The notes: generated by a model not told the origin, from the sequence alone. Positions 10,151-20,152 are shown, counted from the first letter of the stretch. The stretch is DNA of 64,000 bases from an uncultured bacterium (GCA_949296605.1 CASFPB010000039.1:7766-71765), one strand, 5' to 3'. Made by a program: numbers and translations.

Positions 10151-10351
10151 ATGAACAAAGCTACAAACTATTATTACAAGGGTTATGATATTACAAATAA
10201 AAATAGATTAGAAAAACTTATGTATGAATATTCAAATCCATATGGATACAATTTTGAAAGTAATCAAAAAAGAAATATAGATTATGATTATTTAGCAACA
10301 CATACTAACCAAGATTATGTAAAAAATAAGGAATATATGGGAAAAAGATAG
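10151..10351 (+). CDS. Tyr-rich 66-aa protein (possible CotC/CotU-type spore coat protein)
   Basis: RBS taggtga upstream. Tyr accounts for 12 of 66 residues, with many Lys/Asn/Asp. No other homology recognised. Confidence 0.45.
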   Translation: MNKATNYYYKGYDITNKNRLEKLMYEYSNPYGYNFESNQKRNIDYDYLATHTNQDYVKNKEYMGKR

Positions 10352-10397
10352 CTATTTTATCTTTTTTTTTGTATAATAATAGTTGAGGTGGAAGAAA

Positions 10398-11579
10398 ATG
10401 AAAATATTATCAGTTAATGCTGGAAGCTCATCATTAAAATTTACATTATTTGAAATGCCAGCACAAACAGTTATAGCTAGTGGCTTATTTGAAAAGATAG
10501 GATTAAGTGATAGTTTTTATACAATTAAGATAAATGGTGAAAAAATAACAAAAGAAAAATCACTAGATAATCATTCAATAGCAGTAGAAACATTAATGCA
10601 AGAATTGATTTCTATGAATATTATTAAATCCTTAGATGAAATTGAAGGAGTAGGTCATAGAATTGTTCATGGAGGACCAAATTTTACTAAAACAACATTA
10701 TTAAATGAAGAAATAGTAAAGGAATTAGCTAAAAATGATGATTTAGCTCCATTACATAATAAAGCACATATTATGGGTATCAATGCTTTTATGGAAGCTT
10801 TACCTAATGCAACCCAAGTAGCGGTATTTGATACAGCATTTCATTCAACAATGGATAAAAAAGAATATTTATATCCAGTTCCATATGAATGGTATGAAAA
10901 GTATCAAGTTAGAAAATATGGATTTCATGGAACGAGTCATAGATATATAAATAAAACAATAAGTGAATATTTAAAACGTGATGATTTAAAAGTAATTTCA
11001 TGTCATATAGGAAATGGTGGTAGCGTTACAGCAATAGCATCTGGAAAAGTCGTAGATACTTCAATGGGCTTTACACCACTTGCTGGTATAATGATGGGAT
11101 CACGTTGTGGTGATATAGATGCAAGTATTTTAAATTACGTTAGTAAAAAGACAGGAAAATCACTTGAAGAATTAACAAATGATTTAAACAAAAAAAGTGG
11201 TTTACTTGGAGTTAGCGGCATAAGCAGTGATTCAAGAGATGTAGAAGCTGCTGCAGAAAAAGGAAATGAAAGGGCAATTTTAGCACAAGAAATGTATGCT
11301 CAAAAAGTAGCAAATTATTTAGCAATGTATAATAATTTATTAAATGGGGCTGATGTTATAGTATTTACTGCAGGTGTCGGGGAAAATGGCATAGACATGC
11401 GTAGAATGATTATAGATAAAGTGGCATCTCTTGGAGTTAAAATTGATAATGAAAAGAATAATTTCCGTGGAGAATTTAGATTAATTAGTACTGATGATTC
11501 AAAAATTCCAGTTTATGTAATACCAACAAACGAAGAACTAATGATAGCATTAGATACAATGGAATTTATTAAAGAATAA
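10398..11579 (+). CDS. ackA: Acetate kinase
   Basis: MKILSVNAGSSSLKF N-terminus, RIVHGG, FHGTSH and EELMIA motifs. RBS gaggtgga precedes the ATG at 10398. Confidence 0.92.
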   Translation: MKILSVNAGSSSLKFTLFEMPAQTVIASGLFEKIGLSDSFYTIKINGEKITKEKSLDNHSIAVETLMQELISMNIIKSLDEIEGVGHRIVHGGPNFTKTTLLNEEIVKELAKNDDLAPLHNKAHIMGINAFMEALPNATQVAVFDTAFHSTMDKKEYLYPVPYEWYEKYQVRKYGFHGTSHRYINKTISEYLKRDDLKVISCHIGNGGSVTAIASGKVVDTSMGFTPLAGIMMGSRCGDIDASILNYVSKKTGKSLEELTNDLNKKSGLLGVSGISSDSRDVEAAAEKGNERAILAQEMYAQKVANYLAMYNNLLNGADVIVFTAGVGENGIDMRRMIIDKVASLGVKIDNEKNNFRGEFRLISTDDSKIPVYVIPTNEELMIALDTMEFIKE

Positions 11580-11589
11580 GAAATAGAAA

Positions 11590-12570
11590 GTGGTGAGTAT
11601 AATTAAAAAAGAATTATACAAAAAAATATTTAAAATAATAAAAGACTATGACGAAATAGTTTTAGCAAGACATATTGGCCCGGATCCAGATGCAATAGCT
11701 AGTCAAATAGCTTTAAGAGATTCAATAAGACTTACGTTTCCTAATAAAAAAGTGTATGCTGTCGGAGCAGGGGTTCACAAATTTAAATATTTAGGTAATT
11801 TAGATAAAGTTGAATACGATGAATTAACAAATCCATTATTGATTGTATTGGATGTTCCAAACTTTTTTAGATTAGATGGAATAGAAGGTTTAGAATATCG
11901 AGCTATTTTAAAAATAGATCATCATCCAGCCGAAGACATAATCGGAGATGTAGATTGGACAGATGAAACGATGTCTAGCACTTGTGAAATGATAACTAAT
12001 TTAATAATGAATACAAAATTAATATTAGATCAAAAAATAGCTGAAAATTTATATATTGGGATGGTATTTGATAGTGATAGATTTTTATTGCAAAATACAA
12101 GTGTAGAAACGTTTAAAACTGTATATGACTTATTAAATATAAGCAAAATAAATTTTATACCTTTATATGATAATTTATACGAAAGAGGTATTATTGAAGA
12201 AAAATTTAGAGCATATTTAATAAATAATATAAAAATTAGTGAAAACAATTTTGGTTTTATATATGTATCTGAAGATGTTTTAAAAAAATACAATGTAGAA
12301 TCAACTATTGTATCGAATCAAGTAAATGATTTCTATTTTATTAAAGAATTAATTTGTTGGATGTTTGTTGTATATGATGAAAGAAATAAGATATACAAAG
12401 CAAACATTAGAAGTAGAGGCCCAATAATAAATGAAATTGCAAGTAAATATAATGGTGGTGGCCATAAATTTGCATCTGGATGTCGAAGCAAAGATTATAA
12501 AGATATGGAAAAATTAGCCAAAGATTTAGATGAAGCATGTAAAATGTATATAACGAAAGAAAATAATTAG
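11590..12570 (+). CDS. nrnA: DHH/DHHA1 phosphoesterase (NrnA-type oligoribonuclease / pAp phosphatase)
   Basis: Motifs HIGPDPDAIAS, KIDHHP and GGGHKFASG. Confidence 0.8.
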   Translation: MVSIIKKELYKKIFKIIKDYDEIVLARHIGPDPDAIASQIALRDSIRLTFPNKKVYAVGAGVHKFKYLGNLDKVEYDELTNPLLIVLDVPNFFRLDGIEGLEYRAILKIDHHPAEDIIGDVDWTDETMSSTCEMITNLIMNTKLILDQKIAENLYIGMVFDSDRFLLQNTSVETFKTVYDLLNISKINFIPLYDNLYERGIIEEKFRAYLINNIKISENNFGFIYVSEDVLKKYNVESTIVSNQVNDFYFIKELICWMFVVYDERNKIYKANIRSRGPIINEIASKYNGGGHKFASGCRSKDYKDMEKLAKDLDEACKMYITKENN

Positions 12571-12571
12571 A

Positions 12572-13324
12572 ATGAAAATAGAAAGAATTATTAAAAAGAA
12601 ATCTAATATTTATGAAATAATACTTAGTGATAAAACCTCACTAAGTTTTTATGATGAAACGATATTTAGATTTAATTTATTAATAACTAAAAAAATAAAC
12701 AAAGATGACTTAGAAAAGATTAACCATTTTAATTTACAAGTTGAAGCATACTATAAAGCATTAAGTTATATTAAAAAAAAGTTAAGAACAAGGATGGAAT
12801 TATATAAAAAATTAGAAGAATTAAAATATGATGAAAATATTATAAAAAATGTATTAGAAAAGTTAGAAAAACAAAAGTATCTTAATGATGAATTGTATAT
12901 AAAAAGTTATATAAATGATCAAGTAAATCTTACTTTAAAAGGTCCAATAAAGATAAAAAAAGAATTAAATAATTTAGGATTTAGTAATGTTGATTCATAT
13001 TTTGAAATCATAGATGAAGAAGTATGGAAAAATAAAGTTAAAAAGATAATTGATAAAAACATTAAAAGTAATAAGAAATATTCAAAAAATAATTTAATAA
13101 TAAAAATAAAAAGCAATCTGATTCAAAATGGATATAATATTGATGATTTTTCATATTTGTTTACTGATTTAAAAATTGAAGATGATGAAGAAATTATAAA
13201 AAAACTAATGGAAAAAGCAAAAATAAAATATAGTAAAAAATACTCTGGCAAAGAGTTGGAATATAAAATAAAACAATATATGTATAGCAAAGGATTTAAT
13301 ATATCAATAGATAAATACTTATAG
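12572..13324 (+). CDS. recX: RecX family recombination regulator
   Basis: Repeated three-helix pattern. KALSYIKKKLRTRMELYKKLEELKYDENIIKNVLEKLEKQKYLNDELY matches the RecX repeat signature. Confidence 0.65.
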   Translation: MKIERIIKKKSNIYEIILSDKTSLSFYDETIFRFNLLITKKINKDDLEKINHFNLQVEAYYKALSYIKKKLRTRMELYKKLEELKYDENIIKNVLEKLEKQKYLNDELYIKSYINDQVNLTLKGPIKIKKELNNLGFSNVDSYFEIIDEEVWKNKVKKIIDKNIKSNKKYSKNNLIIKIKSNLIQNGYNIDDFSYLFTDLKIEDDEEIIKKLMEKAKIKYSKKYSGKELEYKIKQYMYSKGFNISIDKYL

Positions 13325-13369
13325 ACGAAGTAAAAATGGCTATGTTATAATAAATAGGGAAGTGATACT

Positions 13370-14656
13370 ATGAAAAAAATTATAAACCTGTGTTTAATAC
13401 TCATAATAATACCAATTTTAATGGGGGCTAAGTGGAGTGATAAATATCCAATAGTTGGCAAAGACTTTACTTGTGAATATACTACTAAAAGCGCTGATTT
13501 TTTAAAATCATTTAAAATAAAAGTGACTAGCGATGGAATTTACGCTGTTTATCCTGATAATAGCGAATATAGAATAGAATCCAATAGTGGAAGTGATATT
13601 CCGCATTACTATAATAATAAAAGTTTCTATTTTTCATCATCATTTGATACGGAATATTTTTTAAAAGAATATAAAGAAAATAATGGATGTATGCGAAACA
13701 TTTATTTAGGTATAGATGGTGAACATATAACTACTAATTGCCCAACTGGTGATTGCACAACATTTACAGTTAAAAAAAATACCACTAATAATGATAATAG
13801 TGGTAATACTGGCAAATTAGATGGTTATGAAGACTCCGATTATGATTGTTATCAACCTAATGCAACTAGTTGTAAAACTTACCATGTAGATGTATCGGAC
13901 ATTAGAACAGTGTATGTAGAATTGGGCTTTTATAAACCCAGTAATAGCGATAATTATGAAAGATATTTTGTAGTGTCTTATCTCGAGGATTTAGATGATG
14001 GAAAGCAAGCTAAGTTAAATGAAACAATGGCAGCAACATATCAAAATTATGTTTATGAAATAATAAATCCTGATTTAATTTTTTCTTATAGTAACGGAAA
14101 ATATAATTATATAGCAGAAACTGATTTAGATATTACTTATGATCCTAGTAGTACTCATTATTATATTATTAATAAAAAATTAGATGATTCAATTTATAGC
14201 AATTATATTTCAGTAGGCCAAAACATTGGAACTTATGATCCAAGCGTATATGGTAAAGATAATAATATAGAAGAAGATTTAGAAATTAAACCAATAACAT
14301 TTTGTGAAGAAAATAGAGTTTTAAAAGTATTTCAAATATTGGGATATATAGTATTTGGAGCAAAAATAATAGTTCCTTTAATTCTTCTAATATTGGGGAC
14401 CATAGATTTTGCCAAAGCAGTAATATCTAGTAATGACAAAGCACCTCAAGAAGCATTAAAATCATTTGGTTTAAGAATAGTTGCTGCAATTATAGTATTT
14501 CTAATTCCAATATTTTTAGAGTTTTTAATAACATTAATTAATGATGCATCTGAGACCTTTAAAGAAAAAAATGAAAATTGCACAAATTGTTTATTTAATC
14601 CGTTTGATTCTGGTAAATGTAAAGCAACTAATGTAGATTATGATAATCCAGAATAA
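13370..14656 (+). CDS. Secreted 428-aa protein with Cys-containing ectodomain and C-terminal two-TM hairpin module (paralog of 7226..7783 module)
   Basis: Signal peptide present. C-terminus reads GAKIIVPLILLILGTIDFAKAVISSNDKAPQEA...VFLIPIFLEFLI...NCTNCLFNPFDSGKCK. Confidence 0.75.
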   Translation: MKKIINLCLILIIIPILMGAKWSDKYPIVGKDFTCEYTTKSADFLKSFKIKVTSDGIYAVYPDNSEYRIESNSGSDIPHYYNNKSFYFSSSFDTEYFLKEYKENNGCMRNIYLGIDGEHITTNCPTGDCTTFTVKKNTTNNDNSGNTGKLDGYEDSDYDCYQPNATSCKTYHVDVSDIRTVYVELGFYKPSNSDNYERYFVVSYLEDLDDGKQAKLNETMAATYQNYVYEIINPDLIFSYSNGKYNYIAETDLDITYDPSSTHYYIINKKLDDSIYSNYISVGQNIGTYDPSVYGKDNNIEEDLEIKPITFCEENRVLKVFQILGYIVFGAKIIVPLILLILGTIDFAKAVISSNDKAPQEALKSFGLRIVAAIIVFLIPIFLEFLITLINDASETFKEKNENCTNCLFNPFDSGKCKATNVDYDNPE

Positions 14657-14661
14657 TAAAT

Positions 14662-14704
14662 AAAAAAAGTATTGGTTAGATATTAATAATACCAATACTT
14701 TTTA
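14662..14704. terminator. Bidirectional intrinsic terminator
   Basis: 9-bp stem agtattggt(14668-14676)/accaatact(14691-14699), with an A-run before and a T-run after, between convergent genes. Confidence 0.7.
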
Positions 14705-14728
14705 AATTATCTAATTTTTATTGTTTTT

Positions 14729-15760
14729 TTAATTACTTGAACTTGATTCTTGAAGTGATGCTAACATATTCTGAATATACGTAGAATATTGTTTATTAAT
14801 TTCACTATCTTCTATTTCCATACCATATTCTTTACGATAATGTTGTAATGCTTTAATTCCAGCATCACTATTATTATTAATATATTCAGTTCCAAGTGTT
14901 GTTTTAATTTCATCTTTTAGATTTTCTAATGTATCCTTTTCATATGATTTAATTTTTAAAATTACATGGTATCCTAATTCAGTAGTAATTACATCAGTAG
15001 AGTAAGATCCATCTTTTAATTTAACAGCAGCATCAATAAGTTCATCGTATGCTTCATCAAGATCTCCATAATTAATTTTGCCTAAATTTCCACCATCATC
15101 TTTAGTTGCGTCATCTTCTGAATATTCTTTAGCTAATTTACTAAAAGTTTCTTCAATATCTTTATTGTTTTTCTTAGCTTCATCTAATTTTGCAATTATT
15201 TCTTTAATAGTTTCCTTAGCTTTTTCTTCAGCTTCTTCAGTTTCTTCATCAGTTGAATCATCATCAACGTCTGGAGTAATTAAAATATGAGCGATTTCCA
15301 TATCTCCGATAGCTTTATCGTTGTAATATTCTTCTACTTCTTCATCGGTAATTTGTGATTTTGCATATTCTTCAATTGCATGACTTTGAAGCATAGACAA
15401 ATACCAATAACTACGATAAGCATCAATTGTTTGATATCCAGTTTGTTGTTGAAGCACTTGTAAGAATTCATCTTCACCACCATAATTTTCGATGAATGCA
15501 TCAACATATGCATCAGCTTGTTCTTTAGCTGTATCTACATAATCTTTAAATTCTGTTTCTAAAACATAAGTATCAACCATAGTAATTAATGCTTGTAATC
15601 CAAAATCATTTTTTATAGTTTCATAGAAATCATCAACACTAATTTTTTCTCCATTTTCAAATGTGACGATAGCTTCTTGACCATTTTCTAATTTAGGAAC
15701 TTTACCGCATCCACTAACTAATGTTAAAAAAACACATAATCCAATAATTTTTTTCTTCAT
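14729..15760 (-). CDS. prsA: Foldase lipoprotein PrsA (parvulin-type PPIase)
   Basis: Lipobox LVSGCG, parvulin domain (MEIAHILI ... GYHVILK) and an acidic insert. Length is 343 aa. Confidence 0.8.
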   Translation of the reverse strand: MKKKIIGLCVFLTLVSGCGKVPKLENGQEAIVTFENGEKISVDDFYETIKNDFGLQALITMVDTYVLETEFKDYVDTAKEQADAYVDAFIENYGGEDEFLQVLQQQTGYQTIDAYRSYWYLSMLQSHAIEEYAKSQITDEEVEEYYNDKAIGDMEIAHILITPDVDDDSTDEETEEAEEKAKETIKEIIAKLDEAKKNNKDIEETFSKLAKEYSEDDATKDDGGNLGKINYGDLDEAYDELIDAAVKLKDGSYSTDVITTELGYHVILKIKSYEKDTLENLKDEIKTTLGTEYINNNSDAGIKALQHYRKEYGMEIEDSEINKQYSTYIQNMLASLQESSSSN

Positions 15761-15905
15761 TTTCTATATCTCCTTCTCGAATATTATAACAAGTTTTATT
15801 TTTAAATACAACAAAATCACTAATATTTCAAGGAAAAAAAGCACTCACACATATCAAAAGTTACCATACAATACTAATGAAAAGACAAAAAAGGAGGAAT
15901 GATTT

Positions 15906-15992
15906 ATGAATCATTGTGGAAATGGCCTAGGTGCTGCTATAATCTTAGTATTATTTATTTTATTAATAATTATAGTAGGGGCTTTTATTTAA
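15906..15992 (+). CDS. Tiny YjcZ-family sporulation membrane peptide (28 aa)
   Basis: Not in the ORF track. RBS aaaaggagga lies upstream. Sequence MNHCGNGLGAAIILVLFILLIIIVGAFI matches the 'G-rich head + ...ILVLFILLIIVGA' tiny-TM family pattern. Confidence 0.6.
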   Translation: MNHCGNGLGAAIILVLFILLIIIVGAFI

Positions 15993-16013
15993 TTAAATTA
16001 TAAGGAGGTTAAA

Positions 16014-16136
16014 ATGAGTTGTTGTAAAAAAGAATGCGACCCATGCAGTGGCAATGGATTTACTGCAAGCTATGCATTTATAGTATTAATATTATTTATT
16101 TTACTTGCCATTATTTGGGGCGGTGCTTTTTATTAA
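16014..16136 (+). CDS. Tiny YjcZ-family sporulation membrane peptide, Cys-rich head (40 aa)
   Basis: Not in the ORF track. RBS taaggaggt lies upstream. Sequence is MSCCKKECDPCSGNGFTASYAFIVLILFILLAIIWGGAFY. Confidence 0.6.
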   Translation: MSCCKKECDPCSGNGFTASYAFIVLILFILLAIIWGGAFY

Positions 16137-16159
16137 AGAGGATAATACCTCTTTTTTTT
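16135..16159 (+). terminator. Intrinsic terminator after the tiny-peptide pair
   Basis: Stem agagg(16137-16141)/cctct(16148-16152) followed by an 8-T run. Confidence 0.65.
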
Positions 16160-16200
16160 AATAACTTATTATATTATAATTATTGTAACGGAGGTAAAAG

Positions 16201-17097
16201 ATGTTAAAAGTAAAAAATATTACAAAAAAATACGGAGAATTACTAGCAGTAGATAATTTGTCATTTGAAGTTAACGACGGTGAAATATTTGGTTTACTTG
16301 GTGAAAATGGAGCTGGTAAAACAACTACGTTTAGAGTAATAATGGGATTATTAGAGCCAAATGATGGAACGGTCTTATTAAATGGTAAAAAAATTGATTA
16401 TAATGTAACAGATAAAATAGGATTTGTTACGGAAGAAAGAAGTTTACTTACTAAATTAACTGTTCAAGAACAAATAGAATTTTATGGAACATTAAAAGGT
16501 TTAACAATAGAAGAAATAGAAAAAAGATTAGATAAATGGTTAGAAAGATTTGAAATAAAAAGCTATAAAAATAGAAAAATAAAAGAATTATCTAAAGGTA
16601 ATCAACAAAAAGTCCAATTTATATCAGCAGTTATTCATGAACCAAAATTATTAATATTAGATGAACCTTTTACGGGACTTGACCCAATTAATGTTAAATT
16701 AATAAAGGATGCAATCGTTGAATTAAAAGAAAAAGGATGTTCAATCATTTTTTCATCTCATCAAATGGAATATATAGAAGACTTTTGTGAAAAATTAATA
16801 ATATTAGTTAAAGGAAAACCAATTTTAGAAGGTAAGATTGATGAAATAAAAGAAAACTATGCTAAGAAAAACATTTTAATTAGGGGAAACAATTTAGATA
16901 TTAATAAACTAAGTAAAATTAAAGGAGTAATAAGTATTAACAAAGTAAAAGGTGAATATGAAATAAAAATTGAAAATAAAAATATTGCTCCAAAAATATT
17001 TGAAATAGTTAAAGAATGGGATATAACTAAATATGATGTAGTTGAACCAACACTAAATGAAATATTTATAGAAAGTGTAGGTGGAATTCATGAATAA
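16201..17097 (+). CDS. ABC transporter ATP-binding protein (ABC-2/NatA-like)
   Basis: Walker A GENGAGKTT, signature LSKGNQQKVQF and Walker B LLILDEPFTGLD. Confidence 0.85.
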   Translation: MLKVKNITKKYGELLAVDNLSFEVNDGEIFGLLGENGAGKTTTFRVIMGLLEPNDGTVLLNGKKIDYNVTDKIGFVTEERSLLTKLTVQEQIEFYGTLKGLTIEEIEKRLDKWLERFEIKSYKNRKIKELSKGNQQKVQFISAVIHEPKLLILDEPFTGLDPINVKLIKDAIVELKEKGCSIIFSSHQMEYIEDFCEKLIILVKGKPILEGKIDEIKENYAKKNILIRGNNLDINKLSKIKGVISINKVKGEYEIKIENKNIAPKIFEIVKEWDITKYDVVEPTLNEIFIESVGGIHE

Positions 17098-18382
17098 GAA
17101 ATTTTTATATTTAACTAAATTAAGTTTAAATAAGAAGATAAAATCAAAATGGTTTTTAATAACAAACATTATATTATTAATAGCAATAGTATGCTTATTT
17201 AATATTTCATCAATTATTAAATTTTTTGGAGGAGATTTTGCTAATGATACTAAAATATTGGTAATGGATAATACTAATTTAGCATATGAATATTTTAAAG
17301 CAAATATAGAAATAATTAATGAAGATGAAAATATAACCACAGAACAAATTTCTGGTGATCTAGAAGAAATAACAAAAGATATTAATGATAAAGAAATAAT
17401 AATTGTAATAAATAATGACATAGAAAAATTCATAAAAGCTGAAATCATAAGTGAAGATAAGATTGACAATTTAACATACCAAATAGTATTACAAGCATTA
17501 AATAGCACTAAAACAACAATTGGAATGATTTCTAGTAATATAGATTCAACAGTTTTACAAAATATATCATCGAATATTGAGGTAGAAAGAACTATACTAA
17601 ATGATTCAACATCAACTGATGAAAATATGGATTTAATAATGAGTAGTGTATTTCCAACCCTTATATTACCATTTTTTATGTTAATAATATTTTTAGTTCA
17701 AATGGTTGGGGGAGAAATATGTGAAGAAAAAACTACTAGAAGTATGGAAATAATTATATCAAATGTATCACCTAAACAACATTTACTATCAAAAGTTTTA
17801 GCAAGTAATTTATTTGTTATAATTCAAGGATTATTATTAATATTTTATGTAGGAGTTGCTTTTTATATAAGCCATTTACTTGGAGCATCATTAGTAGATA
17901 TTCCAATAGATTTTAATAGTTTAATAAATATGCTTAAAGAAACGGGCATAATTAATAAATTAGTTTACATTATTCCTCTAACAATTATATTAATAATTTT
18001 GTCATTTATGGCATATTCAATTGTTGCAGGAATATTAGCATCAATGACTGTAAATATTGAAGATTTTAATCAATTGCAATCTCCAATAATGTTGATATCT
18101 ATTGCAGGATATTACTTAGCGATTATGGCTGCAATGTTTGATGGATCAATATTTATTAGAATAATTTCTTATATTCCATTTTTATCAGTATTTATAAGTC
18201 CTACATTATTTTTGCTAGGCCAAATAACTATATTTGATATGCTAATTTCAATTGGAATTTTAGGTATATTTGTTTATATAATGCTTAAATTTGGATTGAA
18301 AGTATATAAGGTTGGAATATTAAATTATTCAAGCGGCAAAATATGGAATAAATTTTTAAAAGCTATAAAAAGTAATAATTAA
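17090..18382 (+). CDS. ABC-2 family permease (NatB/YhaP-like)
   Basis: ATG at 17090 overlaps the ATPase stop (ATGAATAA). N-terminal TM, a large extracytoplasmic loop and about 5 C-terminal TM segments. Confidence 0.7.
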   Translation: MNKKFLYLTKLSLNKKIKSKWFLITNIILLIAIVCLFNISSIIKFFGGDFANDTKILVMDNTNLAYEYFKANIEIINEDENITTEQISGDLEEITKDINDKEIIIVINNDIEKFIKAEIISEDKIDNLTYQIVLQALNSTKTTIGMISSNIDSTVLQNISSNIEVERTILNDSTSTDENMDLIMSSVFPTLILPFFMLIIFLVQMVGGEICEEKTTRSMEIIISNVSPKQHLLSKVLASNLFVIIQGLLLIFYVGVAFYISHLLGASLVDIPIDFNSLINMLKETGIINKLVYIIPLTIILIILSFMAYSIVAGILASMTVNIEDFNQLQSPIMLISIAGYYLAIMAAMFDGSIFIRIISYIPFLSVFISPTLFLLGQITIFDMLISIGILGIFVYIMLKFGLKVYKVGILNYSSGKIWNKFLKAIKSNN

Positions 18383-18383
18383 A

Positions 18384-18439
18384 AAAGCAATGTTTTGATT
18401 TGCCACTCTTAAAGTAAGCATCAATTTACATTGCTTTTT
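18384..18439. terminator. Long imperfect hairpin, bidirectional terminator
   Basis: aaaaagcaatgt ... acattgcttttt, with an inner ttgat..gc/gcatcaa pairing, between convergent genes. Confidence 0.5.
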
Positions 18440-18447
18440 ATTTTTAA

Positions 18448-19659
18448 TTAATTTCCTAATGGGGCTATATTTAGATTAGTTCCCATACTTTTTAAAATAT
18501 CACTATATTTTGTATATAATCTTTGATAATCTTTTAAATAGCTATCATCGACCATCATACTAAAAGGTATAACGACATGTCCATCATGATTGGCAGTAGT
18601 TATTGGATTACCATTATATTTGGTAAATATTAATTCACCACCTAAATTATCTATATCTATTGTTACTTCATTATTAGAACTAATAGTTTTAGTAATATCT
18701 AGAGTAGCCATAAATCCAATTAATTTATTATAATCATCTGTTCCGTATTGATTTGAAATAAAATTACCTAGAGAATACATTACAATTGTATCATCAATTT
18801 TTGTTATAGGTTGTAAAACATGAGGATGGGTTCCAATAATAATGTCAACACCTAAATCTGCAAGATATTCAGCAATTTTAATTTGACTATTATTTGGTTC
18901 GGAAACATATTCAACACCCCAATGCATTGCTACAATTAAAACATCAACTTTATCTCTTAAAGATAGAATATCTTCTTTTACTTGTTCTTTATCATAAACA
19001 TTTACTAAATATTCTTTACCACTTGGAGCATTTAGGCCATTAGTTGATGTAGTATAAGAAAGCATTGAATAGGTAATATTATTTTTTTCTCCAATTATAA
19101 AATTATTTCTAGATTCAAAACTATCAGCAATACCATTATAGACAATATCTTTTTTACCTTTAAAATAATTATAAAAATTTAAAACACCATTTTCACCTTT
19201 ATCATATGTATGATTAGTAGCTAAGGAAATCATATTAAATCCAGCATCAATCATAGCATCTCCAAATTCTGATGGAGTAGAGAACCTTGGATATCCGGAT
19301 GGCTCACCACCAGCAAATGGAGTTTCTTGATTATAATAAGCAATATCATAATTTTTTACAATGTCTTTAACATATTTAAGAGCACCACTAAAATCATAAG
19401 AACCATCACTTTGCTCATAAGAAGAATAAACAGCATTATGAATTAATCCATCTCCAGTAGCTATTAAATTTATTTTGTATACTTCATTTTCTTTAATATT
19501 GTTATTTTTATTTTCAGTTTTATTGTTATTGTTATCAAAAATGCTATCTTTATTATTAGTAAAATACAAAATAGAAAAATAAGCTAATAAGGGAAGGGCA
19601 ATAATTAAAAAAATTGAAAATAAAAATTTCTTTTTTATTTTTCTTCTTCTTTTTGTCAT
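18448..19659 (-). CDS. CapA-family metallophosphatase-like protein (PGA_cap domain), membrane anchored
   Basis: Motifs LIATGDGLIH, NQETP, LATNHTYDKG, VAMHWGVEY, IIGTHPHVLQP and SLGNFISNQ. Confidence 0.8.
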   Translation of the reverse strand: MTKRRRKIKKKFLFSIFLIIALPLLAYFSILYFTNNKDSIFDNNNNKTENKNNNIKENEVYKINLIATGDGLIHNAVYSSYEQSDGSYDFSGALKYVKDIVKNYDIAYYNQETPFAGGEPSGYPRFSTPSEFGDAMIDAGFNMISLATNHTYDKGENGVLNFYNYFKGKKDIVYNGIADSFESRNNFIIGEKNNITYSMLSYTTSTNGLNAPSGKEYLVNVYDKEQVKEDILSLRDKVDVLIVAMHWGVEYVSEPNNSQIKIAEYLADLGVDIIIGTHPHVLQPITKIDDTIVMYSLGNFISNQYGTDDYNKLIGFMATLDITKTISSNNEVTIDIDNLGGELIFTKYNGNPITTANHDGHVVIPFSMMVDDSYLKDYQRLYTKYSDILKSMGTNLNIAPLGN

Positions 19660-19660
19660 A

Positions 19661-20032
19661 TTACTCCTTAATTAATTTATATACTTCATCGTTAGTATAT
19701 TTGTGTGTTTTTTTATCATAATCAGGTAAAATATGTAAATGAAGATGTTTTATAGCTTGGACATCACCATAATTAATTAAAAATGTTACTCCTTTTTTAT
19801 TTAATTTTTCCATAATTATTTTGGCATATTCTTTAGCTTTGGTAATCATTTTATTAAAAATTTCACTATCAACATCATAAATATCTTCATAATGTTTCTT
19901 AGGTATTACTAATGCATGACCATCAGTATCTGGATAAGCATCAAGCAAAACCATAATATCATCATCTTCATATAATATTTTACTAGGAATATCTCCATTA
20001 ATAATCTTACAAAATATGCAATTGTCTTTCAT
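19661..20032 (-). CDS. HIT family (histidine triad) protein
   Basis: CIFCKII N-terminus and the HLHLHILP triad. Confidence 0.85.
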   Translation of the reverse strand: MKDNCIFCKIINGDIPSKILYEDDDIMVLLDAYPDTDGHALVIPKKHYEDIYDVDSEIFNKMITKAKEYAKIIMEKLNKKGVTFLINYGDVQAIKHLHLHILPDYDKKTHKYTNDEVYKLIKE

Positions 20033-20123
20033 TTAAATCACCATCCAAATTATAACACGTGTAATATTATTTAGTAAATGTAATTAATATGAATATTTTT
20101 TTAATTATATTATAAGAAAAAAA

Positions 20124-20152
20124 TTGTATTCAAATATAAATTATGATAATAT
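20124..20152 (+). promoter_or_regulatory. SigA-type promoter of the cysK leader
   Basis: -35 ttgtat (20124-20129), 17-nt spacer ending in TGn, -10 taatat (20147-20152). Confidence 0.5.
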
